Origin: Nanobdellota archaeon
Lineage (GTDB): Archaea; Nanobdellota; Nanobdellia; Pacearchaeales; GW2011-AR1
Assembly: GCA_038044965.1 (NCBI GenBank)
Contig: JBBSZB010000085.1
Span: 1-25,456 of the forward strand
Length of the DNA stretch: 25,456 nucleotides
Direction: 5' to 3'
In this document: in pieces, positions 17,779 through 25,428 of the stretch
Layout: each line of letters opens with the position of its first letter
How positions within the stretch are numbered: position 1 is the first letter of the stretch
Notes under the pieces: generated by a model
Seen by the model: the letters and a program-made list of their open reading frames with translations, nothing else
Told to the model about the DNA's origin: nothing
Databases searched by the model: none
Position numbers and translations under genes: made by a program

Positions 17779-18062
17779 ATGACTAGAGATAATTTGTATA
17801 TAGGTTGTGGGGTAAGATCCTATCATATACAAAGTGATAAAATAAAAAAGTTAAGTCTTCAAGCAGTATTTATCCAATATTGGCTCAGTCACTAGAACAA
17901 GCAAATAAAAAACTTTCTACTTATTTAAATCAAGTTGGCTATCCTTTAAATTTTTGGGGCAAATTTGAGATTAGGGAATTAAAAGTTGGAAAAAGGACAA
18001 TTCCTCTTGAAAAAAGAGTGGAAATCATTGAGGAGATTTTACCTAGTAGATTAATAAGATAA
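17779..18062 (+). pseudogene. Split ORF (frameshifted at A-AAA-AAG, 17844..17850), ~94 aa if rejoined
   Basis: ATG 17779 frame stops after 38 codons; the -1 frame is open from 17841 to 18062 and contains the listed 60-aa ORF. Confidence 0.45.
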
Positions 18063-18110
18063 TTTTTAATTAATGGTTTTTGTTGTTGGAATTGGGTAAC
18101 AACAAAAACA

Positions 18111-18140
18111 TATTTCTTCGACGACAATAATGTTTAAAAA
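18111..18140 (+). promoter_or_regulatory. 30-bp promoter/operator motif incl. TATA box, copy 2
   Basis: TATTTCTTCGACGACAATAATGTTTAAAAA upstream of the 18182..22865 operon. Confidence 0.8.
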
Positions 18141-18181
18141 GGAAAGTTTATGTCATACCTAAAGAGTAATACTAAAACAAA

Positions 18182-18856
18182 ATGGAAAAAAATATTGCTT
18201 TGTTAGGAGTTTTGATAGGACTATTCTTGGTTTTATTGAGTTCTAGCTTTCTTGTCAGTGCTGTAACTGGGAAAATAGGAAATGGCAGAATGGTACTAAG
18301 TATGGAAGTTGGTGATACAATGAACAGATATGTTAATGTTATAAATGATAATAATGAGCCAGTTAATATCACTCTTTTTGTCACAGGTGATTTAAAAGAT
18401 GAAATGAAATTAGAAGAAACAAATTTTATACTAGAACCAAATACTGAAAAAAAAGCTTATTTTGTGTATAAGGCTAAAAAAGCTGGAAGTTATGAAACTA
18501 AAGTAAATGTTCAGTTTGCTCCTTTAAATGCTAAAAATGGTGTTGGACTTTCTTCTACTATTATAATTAATGTTTATGGCCAGGGTGATTTACTTGATGA
18601 TAATACAAATAATAATAGCACTGATTCTGAAAATAATACTTCTGGAGTGAATATAAGACCAAATATTGGAAGTGTTATAAAAAATACTGAAAATGGTAAA
18701 TTTAAACCAATTTATTTGCTTGGAATATCAACAATAATTCTTTTATTGGTATTTCTAGGACTATTATACTTTATTTATTCTAAAAAAACGAAAAAGGGTG
18801 AAAAAGGAGGTGTTGCAAATAATGGCAATAAAATCAAAAAGGAAATTAAGAAATGA
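18182..18856 (+). CDS. Secreted single Ig-like domain protein with C-terminal membrane anchor
   Basis: Signal peptide, beta-rich ~110-aa domain, N/S/T linker, TM helix and Lys-rich tail. Confidence 0.8.
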   Translation: MEKNIALLGVLIGLFLVLLSSSFLVSAVTGKIGNGRMVLSMEVGDTMNRYVNVINDNNEPVNITLFVTGDLKDEMKLEETNFILEPNTEKKAYFVYKAKKAGSYETKVNVQFAPLNAKNGVGLSSTIIINVYGQGDLLDDNTNNNSTDSENNTSGVNIRPNIGSVIKNTENGKFKPIYLLGISTIILLLVFLGLLYFIYSKKTKKGEKGGVANNGNKIKKEIKK

Positions 18857-21800
18857 GCAGTTTTCAAAAAATATTATTTATAATTATTGCAACATTCTTA
18901 GTAATTTTATTTTTAAGTATAGTAAGTGCTAAAGATATAGCAATTATTCTTCCTAATTCTCAAACTCCTGCTGGAGAATTAATTCCAACTATAACTAGCC
19001 TTGGATATGATTATGATATAATTTCTGAAGCAGAAATAGCTGGAACTAATTTATCTTTATACAAAGCAATTCTTGTTGGAGAAGGAAAGTTTATCGCTCC
19101 TAGTAATATTCCTGTAGATAAATATAATTCTCTTGTAATGAATTCAAAACACAGAATAGATTGGGGATGGAGTGCAAGAATATCACAATATTCAAGCCCT
19201 ACTTCACTAAATAAAAATGTTCAATTAATAAGCCCTATAACTCAAAATCTTCCAGATACATTTAGTGGATATAGTAGATTTGATCCAGATTTAGTAACAT
19301 ATGTTCTTAATGGTAAAAAACCCACAAATATTAAAATAGCTGTTTATAGAGGAACAGTTGGTAATAGTGTTATTGCATATTTATATCCTGGAGCTAAATT
19401 CTTAAATAATAAAGTTGCTCAGGGTAGAAGCCTTTATTTTGGAATGATTGACAGCAGATACTGGACTGATGAAACAAAAACTGCATTTGAAAATTCAGTT
19501 GTATGGATTGCAGACGGAGAAGATAATGATGGAGATGGCTATTATAGTAATGATTGTAATGATAACAATCCTAATTTGTATCAAAATCTTCCAGGTTATT
19601 TAGATAGCGATGGTGATGGATTTGGTTCTGGAAGTCAGATAATGATATGTTCTGGAGATGAACTTCTCACAGGATATTCAGAAATAGACGGAGATTGTAA
19701 TAATTTAGATTTTAGTGTAAATCCTTTAGCGGAAGAAATACCTTATGATGGAAAAGACAATGATTGTTCTCAAGGAGATATGAGAGATGTTGATGGTGAT
19801 GGGTTTGATGCTGAAATTGTTGGTGGTGAAGATTGTGATGATTTAGATGCAGAAATAAATCCTGATGCTTTGGACTTAAATATGAATTGTATAAATGATG
19901 CTCCTATATTTACTGGAGATATTGATGACTTGGAATGGTATGAAGATACAAATATCACACTTGATTTAAGTAATTATTTTGAAGATCCTGAGAATGACCA
20001 TCTTTTCTATGGGATAAATGCAACATCTAATGATAAAAATATAACAGCTACTTTTCATGGAAGTAATGTTACATTTACAACTACAAAAGACTGGTTTGGT
20101 GAAGACTGGGTTGTATTTTATGCTTCTGACGGAGAAAAGAAAACAATTAGTAATAATGTAACACTAACAGTTTTATCTATGGCAGATTATCCTGTATTTA
20201 ATATCATAGGAAATCAAACAATAAACGAAGATAATAATTTAACTTTAAACTTATCTCAATATTTCAGTGATCCAAATGGAGATGTTTTAGAATATTTTGC
20301 CGAATATCAAGAAGATAATTCACATTTAGATGTTTTAATTAATGGAAATACTGTTAAAGTAGTTCCTGAAGAAAACTGGTTTGGAGAAGAAATGTTATCC
20401 TTTAAAGCAAGCGATGGCGAGCATGAAACTATTGGTAATAATTTCAGCATAAAAGTTAATTCAGTTAATGACAAACCTGTTTTAAATATAGTAAATAAAA
20501 ATATCTTAGTTGTTGCTGGTGAAACTCTACAAATAGAAACAAGTGCTGAAGATGTTGAAGATGGAAGTTTAGTTGTGAATTATTCTTCTCCTGTTGATGG
20601 TAATGGATATTGGGAAACACAAATAGGAAATGAGGGTAATTATAAAATAAATGTTAGCACTAAAGACAGCAATAATGTTTTTTCAAGTGATATTGTCAAT
20701 ATAAATGTTATTTCTAAAATAGTTATAAATGAATTTGTTTCAGATTCTGATGAAGAATGGATTGAGCTGTATAATACTGGCAGTACAAGTGTAAATCTTA
20801 ATGGATGGGCAATTGAAGATGATACTGGTAATAATTATAGCTTATCTGGAAGTATAAACGGAAAAGGTTTTTTTGTTATTGATGATTATCCTTTCCAGCT
20901 AAATAATCTTGGAGATATAATAATATTAAAACATGGAAATTCTGTAATAGATAGTATAAATTATGGAAATTATGACGACGGAAATACTGAAGATAATTTA
21001 CCAGCTCCTGGAAATGAAGAGTCTTTAGGAAGAATTACAGATGGTAATGAACAATGGCAGATATTTGCTCATCCAACTAAAAATCTTCCTAATAATGCCG
21101 ATGTAATTTCTCCTATTATTTTATTATTATCTCCCAATAATACTGAAGTTATTAATGTTAGGAATGTTTTACTAAGATATAGTATTGAAGATAATTCTAA
21201 TAATTTAAATTGCCAGATTTATACAAATACTCAGGGTAATTTCAAATCTATAAACACCCAAATAGTTAATTCAAGTACTAATGATTTTCAACTTACAAAT
21301 TTAATTGATGGAAGTTATAAATGGAATGTAAAATGCTCTGATTCAAGAAATAGTGTTTTTGCAAATGAAAATTATACTTTTACAATCAGTGCTCCGGATG
21401 CACCTATATTACAGACAATAGGAGATAAAACTGTTCATGAAAATAGTTTGGTTACATTTAAAATTCAGGGAAATGATCCTGATAATAATATTTTAGTTTA
21501 TACTGCAACTGGTTTACCGGAAGGAGCTGAATTCAAAAATCAAGTTTTCTCGTGGATTCCTAGCTATAATCAGTCTGGAATGCATGAAGTAACATTCAAT
21601 GTTAATGACTCTGAATTTATAATAAGCCAGAAAATTAAAATAAATGTATTAGATACAAAAATACCTCCTAGTTTCAAAGATGCTACTCAGTGTGCTAATA
21701 AAAATAACAGTATTGCTTTAAGCATAGATAATCCTGATGAAGATGATGAATTTAATATTTTAGAAAAAATAAAAGTAGAGTTAAACATAGAAAATAATCT

Positions 21801-22662
21801 TGCTGATGATAGTGATTTTGATGTTGAAGTTCATTTGTATGATACAACTAATGAAGAATCAATTGAAAGTATGGATGATAGTATTGGTGTGGATCAAGGA
21901 GAGAACGAGGATCTAAAATTTGAATTAGAAGTTCCTAAGAAAACTGATGAAGACAATGAGTTTGTAATATATGCCTATGCTGAGGGGGAGAATGGAGAGT
22001 GTAATTCTGAGTATGTAGATGTAGATATTAAGAGAGAAGATGATTTAGTTGAAATAAGCAGTATAGATTTAAGTTCAACTAGTGTAAGTCCTGGAGAAAA
22101 TGTATTAATGCAAGTTAAAGTGAAAAATCTTGGAGCTGATGATCAAGATGTTAAACTTAAATTAGAAAATTCTGAACTTAATTTAAGTTTTGAAACAGAA
22201 GAGTTCAACTTAGATAAATATGGAAAAAAAGATTCTAAGACAATAGAGTTTAACATACCTATACCTACAGATGCTGAAGAAAAAAATTATACTTTAACAG
22301 TAACTGCTATTTACAATGATAAGGTAAGTGATGAAAAAACAATAAATGTTGTAAAATCAAATACTAATTCCAATACAAATACTGATACAATGCTGATAAA
22401 TGACCTTGGGAATATTAATTTAGGAAGTGGAAGTAATGAAGATTATTCTAATTATGAAAAAGTGGACAATGGTTTGATTCAAATTGGAAATAATAAACCT
22501 TCTACAACTTATTCAAATACAAATAATGTTCAGTATTCAATAAAAGATAATCAATATGAATTAAGTGAAGATTCTAAATATCTGTTTGTTGCATGGATTA
22601 TTGTTGGAATTGGAATGTTTATATTAATTATTGGACTAGTAGTTGCTGTGATTAGGAGATGA
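18853..22662 (+). CDS. Large membrane-anchored surface protein/adhesin (Ca-binding DxDGDG repeats, cadherin-like repeats, lamin-tail domain, Ig/CARDB-like domains)
   Basis: Signal peptide; DNDGDG/DSDGDG/DVDGDG repeats; INDAP/VNDKP repeats; IVINEF...EWIELYN (LTD); C-terminal TM plus RR; ATGA overlap with the upstream gene. Confidence 0.88.
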   Translation: MSSFQKILFIIIATFLVILFLSIVSAKDIAIILPNSQTPAGELIPTITSLGYDYDIISEAEIAGTNLSLYKAILVGEGKFIAPSNIPVDKYNSLVMNSKHRIDWGWSARISQYSSPTSLNKNVQLISPITQNLPDTFSGYSRFDPDLVTYVLNGKKPTNIKIAVYRGTVGNSVIAYLYPGAKFLNNKVAQGRSLYFGMIDSRYWTDETKTAFENSVVWIADGEDNDGDGYYSNDCNDNNPNLYQNLPGYLDSDGDGFGSGSQIMICSGDELLTGYSEIDGDCNNLDFSVNPLAEEIPYDGKDNDCSQGDMRDVDGDGFDAEIVGGEDCDDLDAEINPDALDLNMNCINDAPIFTGDIDDLEWYEDTNITLDLSNYFEDPENDHLFYGINATSNDKNITATFHGSNVTFTTTKDWFGEDWVVFYASDGEKKTISNNVTLTVLSMADYPVFNIIGNQTINEDNNLTLNLSQYFSDPNGDVLEYFAEYQEDNSHLDVLINGNTVKVVPEENWFGEEMLSFKASDGEHETIGNNFSIKVNSVNDKPVLNIVNKNILVVAGETLQIETSAEDVEDGSLVVNYSSPVDGNGYWETQIGNEGNYKINVSTKDSNNVFSSDIVNINVISKIVINEFVSDSDEEWIELYNTGSTSVNLNGWAIEDDTGNNYSLSGSINGKGFFVIDDYPFQLNNLGDIIILKHGNSVIDSINYGNYDDGNTEDNLPAPGNEESLGRITDGNEQWQIFAHPTKNLPNNADVISPIILLLSPNNTEVINVRNVLLRYSIEDNSNNLNCQIYTNTQGNFKSINTQIVNSSTNDFQLTNLIDGSYKWNVKCSDSRNSVFANENYTFTISAPDAPILQTIGDKTVHENSLVTFKIQGNDPDNNILVYTATGLPEGAEFKNQVFSWIPSYNQSGMHEVTFNVNDSEFIISQKIKINVLDTKIPPSFKDATQCANKNNSIALSIDNPDEDDEFNILEKIKVELNIENNLADDSDFDVEVHLYDTTNEESIESMDDSIGVDQGENEDLKFELEVPKKTDEDNEFVIYAYAEGENGECNSEYVDVDIKREDDLVEISSIDLSSTSVSPGENVLMQVKVKNLGADDQDVKLKLENSELNLSFETEEFNLDKYGKKDSKTIEFNIPIPTDAEEKNYTLTVTAIYNDKVSDEKTINVVKSNTNSNTNTDTMLINDLGNINLGSGSNEDYSNYEKVDNGLIQIGNNKPSTTYSNTNNVQYSIKDNQYELSEDSKYLFVAWIIVGIGMFILIIGLVVAVIRR

Positions 22663-22865
22663 ATTCTGATAGAAAGTATAATGGTGATATTAATGCTGGT
22701 GAGTTGGGAGCTGATTTAATGGGGTTTTATATTGGGAGTGAGTCTAAAAGAATTTATGACAATTCCAAAAGGGCAATTGATGAAGGTATTGAATTAATTG
22801 TTGATATAAGGCAAGAAAGAAAAAGTCAAAGATATCTTAAACATGTTATGGGTTTGCCTGTTTAG
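22659..22865 (+). CDS. Small hypothetical protein
   Basis: ATGA coupling to the adhesin stop with AGGAG upstream. Confidence 0.6.
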   Translation: MNSDRKYNGDINAGELGADLMGFYIGSESKRIYDNSKRAIDEGIELIVDIRQERKSQRYLKHVMGLPV

Positions 22866-22900
22866 TATTTTTATCATAACAAAACAATTTAAAGAGTAAA

Positions 22901-23167
22901 TTATAAATTTTTTACAACTAAAGGAATATTTTTCAAGTGAAATACAGCATTAAAGAATATTATAGAACAAATTCCTAAAACCCCGGCAGATATTACAAAA
23001 ATTGCTCCCATAATGTTAAAATCATCTAATCTTATTTGTTTTGAAAGAACAGCAATACCTAAGCCAATTACATAGGTAAACGCAATAATCACAGAAGTAG
23101 AAGCAACAATAAGATATTTTTGAAATTGTAAATCTAAAATATTTTTCTTTTTAGTTCCATCGTCCAT
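22901..23167 (-). CDS. Small two-TM membrane protein
   Basis: Two hydrophobic helices; ATG 23167 lies 1 nt after the stop of the upstream gene (the track starts at GTG 23176). Confidence 0.75.
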   Translation of the reverse strand: MDDGTKKKNILDLQFQKYLIVASTSVIIAFTYVIGLGIAVLSKQIRLDDFNIMGAIFVISAGVLGICSIIFFNAVFHLKNIPLVVKNL

Positions 23168-23168
23168 T

Positions 23169-23345
23169 TTAATCACTAAAAGCCCAAGCCATCAGAATTA
23201 TTCCAACGACAACAGAAAGTCCTGTTATTGGTAAACCAATTAAGTATTCTCTATTTAGGAGTATTGGAATTGTGCCTGTTATTCCAAATAAAGTTAATAT
23301 AACACCAAGAACACCCCATATAGTTTTATTTTTCCCCTTAACCAT
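23169..23345 (-). CDS. 58-aa two-TM membrane protein missing from the ORF track
   Basis: MVKGKNKTIWGVLGVILTLFGITGTIPILLNREYLIGLPITGLSVVVGIILMAWAFSD*; GGGAGTGA SD-like sequence before the ATG. Confidence 0.75.
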   Translation of the reverse strand: MVKGKNKTIWGVLGVILTLFGITGTIPILLNREYLIGLPITGLSVVVGIILMAWAFSD

Positions 23346-23457
23346 TTCACTCCCTTTTTTTACTTTTTAAATTAAGATTCTTTGCTTTAAATTTCTTTTG
23401 TTTCTGTTTAAGCATTAATTAATCCCGTATAATCTCAAAAATCAAAACACTTATAAA

Positions 23458-23529
23458 TAAACCTTTTAACGGAAAGGTTTACAAAATCAAAAACAATAAC
23501 TTTAAAATAAACCTTTTAGAAAAAGGTTT
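23458..23529. repeat. Two REP-like palindromes in ~50-bp tandem units
   Basis: TAAACCTTT-TAACGG-AAAGGTTTA (23458..23481) and AAACCTTTT-AGA-AAAAGGTTT (23509..23529). Confidence 0.85.
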
Positions 23530-23538
23530 CCAAAAGTC

Positions 23539-23545
23539 TTATAAA
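23539..23545 (+). promoter_or_regulatory. TATA box of the SRP RNA gene
   Basis: TTATAAA ~20-26 nt upstream of the RNA 5' helix. Confidence 0.6.
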
Positions 23546-23564
23546 CACCTTATTTCTTGAAATT

Positions 23565-23826
23565 GTGTAGACTAGGCCGGCACGTTAGCTCTGTGCCATT
23601 TGCTCGCGAGCTTTAAGCAGGCTGCAAGGAGACGAGTGACTCAAAGTTTATTGAGTCTTTATTCGGACGTTGATGTTTTGTCCTGTTCGATCGTGCTCCT
23701 GCAAACTGGGTCAGATCTTGATCGAAGCAGCCCTAACCAGGAAACATGGTGCTTACAGGGTAGCAAAGCGGAGAAAGATTAAAGGTAGCTCAATAAGTTT
23801 TGAAGAGCAGATCTCTGAGTCTACGC
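23565..23826 (+). ncRNA. ffs: Archaeal signal recognition particle (7S) RNA
   Basis: Terminal helix GTGTAGACT/AGTCTACGC; Alu helices GGCAC/GTGCC and TTGCT/AGCAG with loop-loop complement AGCTC/GAGCT; long helix 5; helix 8 GGGTCAG...AGCAGCCC with asymmetric loop, then ATGGTGCTT as in archaeal SRP RNAs. Confidence 0.92.
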
Positions 23827-23862
23827 TGATTTTTATAAAAACTCATTTAAATAAACCTTAAA

Positions 23863-23916
23863 CTTAGTATAATATACTTTTAAACATACAATACTTTTCC
23901 TTATTTATTATTAATT
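23863..23916 (+). repeat. Intergenic repeat family copy D
   Basis: CTTAGTATAAT...TTTAAACATAC...ACTTTTCCTTATTTATTATTAATT. Confidence 0.8.
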
Positions 23917-23970
23917 AATATTAAATTGTATTTATGATATCTCCTTTGTTTAAACCAAATCTCTATTAAT

Positions 23971-24047
23971 ATAACTTATTTTTAAATTCTGCAATATCTT
24001 TTCCTAATTTATCATTTATTTATAGATTAATTTCAACTTTCATTTAT
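23971..24047 (+). repeat. Intergenic repeat family copy E (left direct repeat of the pilin gene)
   Basis: 23976..24036 is identical (61/61) to 25287..25347; 74/77 over the extended match. Confidence 0.95.
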
Positions 24048-24096
24048 GATTAACCATTCTAAAAAACTATTTAAATTCAATTTAACTGTTTATTTT

Positions 24097-25266
24097 ATGC
24101 TGAATAAAAAAGGAGTTAGTGATGTTATTACAACTGTTCTACTTATTCTAATTGTTTTGGCAGCTATTGGAATTGTGTGGATGGTTATATCTAATTTTTT
24201 AAATGCTAGCACAGAACAAATTAGTTTAGGAGTTGGATTTTCACAGTTAGACATTATTGATAACTCCTTAAAATATTTCCCAAATGATTCTATACAATTG
24301 AGAGTTAAAAGAGATTCAAATCCTGGAAATATCACTGGTTTAAGAGTAATAGTTGAAGGTTCTAATGGAGAGACTCAGGCTTATGATGTAGATATTGAGA
24401 TAAAAGAGTTAGAGACTAAGACTATTAGTGTTCCTCTACAAGGAAAAGTAATTAATATTACTAAGGTTTCAATTGCTCCAAGAACTCCTATAAACAATAA
24501 AATAAAAACTGGACAGATTGTTGATGAAGAACATTTAAGCCAAGAGGTTGTTCCTGGTGAAGATCCTATTAACGCACTTATTATTGCATCACTTGCAGGT
24601 TATTGGAGTTTTAATAATGACAATGGAAATACTGTGATAGATAGTTCTAAGAATGGAAATAATGGAATAAATACTGGAGCTACCTTAGTTAGTGGGAAAA
24701 CTGGAAGTGCTTATAACTTTGTTAGTTCAAGTAGCAGTCATATCAGTATTAGTGACAGTGATATTTTTAACTTTAATCCAAATTTTAATTATAGTTATGA
24801 ATTCTGGATAAAACCAAGCACTATAACTGAATGGAATAGTGTTTGGACTCAACAATCGAGTACTAATCCTAATGATTTTTTTATTATATATGCTCAGACT
24901 ACTACTGACCCTGGTTGGGGGGCTGTTACAAAAGGTATTAGCGCTGGAATAGGAACTGGTAGTGCTAATATCTTTCAGCGTACAAAAAATAATGTTATTG
25001 ATGTGAATAATTATTATCATATTGTTATTACATACAATTCTTCAAAAGTTCAATCACAAAGATTTAATATATTTGTTAATGGAACTGATCAGACAGACAC
25101 TACAACTACTAAAGGCCAAGGAGTTTTATCTACTCTGAATCCAGCGACAGTTTGGTTAGGTGGAAATTCTTACTGGGGCGAATATTTCAATGGTGAAATT
25201 GATGAGGTTAGGGTTTATAACAGGACTTTAACTGACCAGGAAGTCAGTTATTTGTATACACATTAA
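24097..25266 (+). CDS. Type IV pilin-like protein (class III signal peptide) fused to a LamG/concanavalin A-like domain
   Basis: MLNKKG/VSDVITTVLLILIVLAAIGIVW prepilin motif; LAGYWSFNND...GKTGSAYNF...FNGEIDEVRVYNRTL LamG motifs; start at 24097 from TTTAAA 24070..24075. Confidence 0.92.
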   Translation: MLNKKGVSDVITTVLLILIVLAAIGIVWMVISNFLNASTEQISLGVGFSQLDIIDNSLKYFPNDSIQLRVKRDSNPGNITGLRVIVEGSNGETQAYDVDIEIKELETKTISVPLQGKVINITKVSIAPRTPINNKIKTGQIVDEEHLSQEVVPGEDPINALIIASLAGYWSFNNDNGNTVIDSSKNGNNGINTGATLVSGKTGSAYNFVSSSSSHISISDSDIFNFNPNFNYSYEFWIKPSTITEWNSVWTQQSSTNPNDFFIIYAQTTTDPGWGAVTKGISAGIGTGSANIFQRTKNNVIDVNNYYHIVITYNSSKVQSQRFNIFVNGTDQTDTTTTKGQGVLSTLNPATVWLGGNSYWGEYFNGEIDEVRVYNRTLTDQEVSYLYTH

Positions 25267-25281
25267 ACCTTTTGCTTTAGA

Positions 25282-25358
25282 ATAATTTATTTTTAAATTC
25301 TGCAATATCTTTTCCTAATTTATCATTTATTTATAGATTAATTTCAATATTCATTTAT
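25282..25358 (+). repeat. Intergenic repeat family copy F (right direct repeat of the pilin gene)
   Basis: See copy E; begins 15 nt after the pilin stop. Confidence 0.95.
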
Positions 25359-25409
25359 AACATTTTTAAGGATATTACTGAGTTAATACTACAAAAACTT
25401 ATTTAAATA

Positions 25410-25428
25410 AACCTTTTAGGAAAAGGTT
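25410..25428. repeat. Third REP-like palindrome
   Basis: AACCTTTT-AGG-AAAAGGTT with the same AAATAAACC lead-in and CAAAA tail. Confidence 0.85.

Noticed and set aside
23565-23826. RNase P RNA or tRNA as the identity of the GC-rich island
   Set aside because: No GAGGAAAGUCC P4 motif on either strand and no cloverleaf/T-loop; SRP helices fit throughout.
23600-23861. ORFs 23600..23782 and 23670..23861
   Set aside because: They overlap the SRP RNA, use non-ATG starts and have no protein-like features.
657-25020. Antisense or alternate-frame ORFs (657..845, 2533..2790, 3617..3811, 7980..8180, 8237..8422, 10693..10920, 15520..15861, 16771..16965, 17939..18127, 18172..18384, 19770..19958, 24090..24335, 24727..25020)
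   Set aside because: Shadows of better-supported genes on the opposite strand, with F/L/S/I-rich composition typical of reverse-complemented AT-rich coding DNA.
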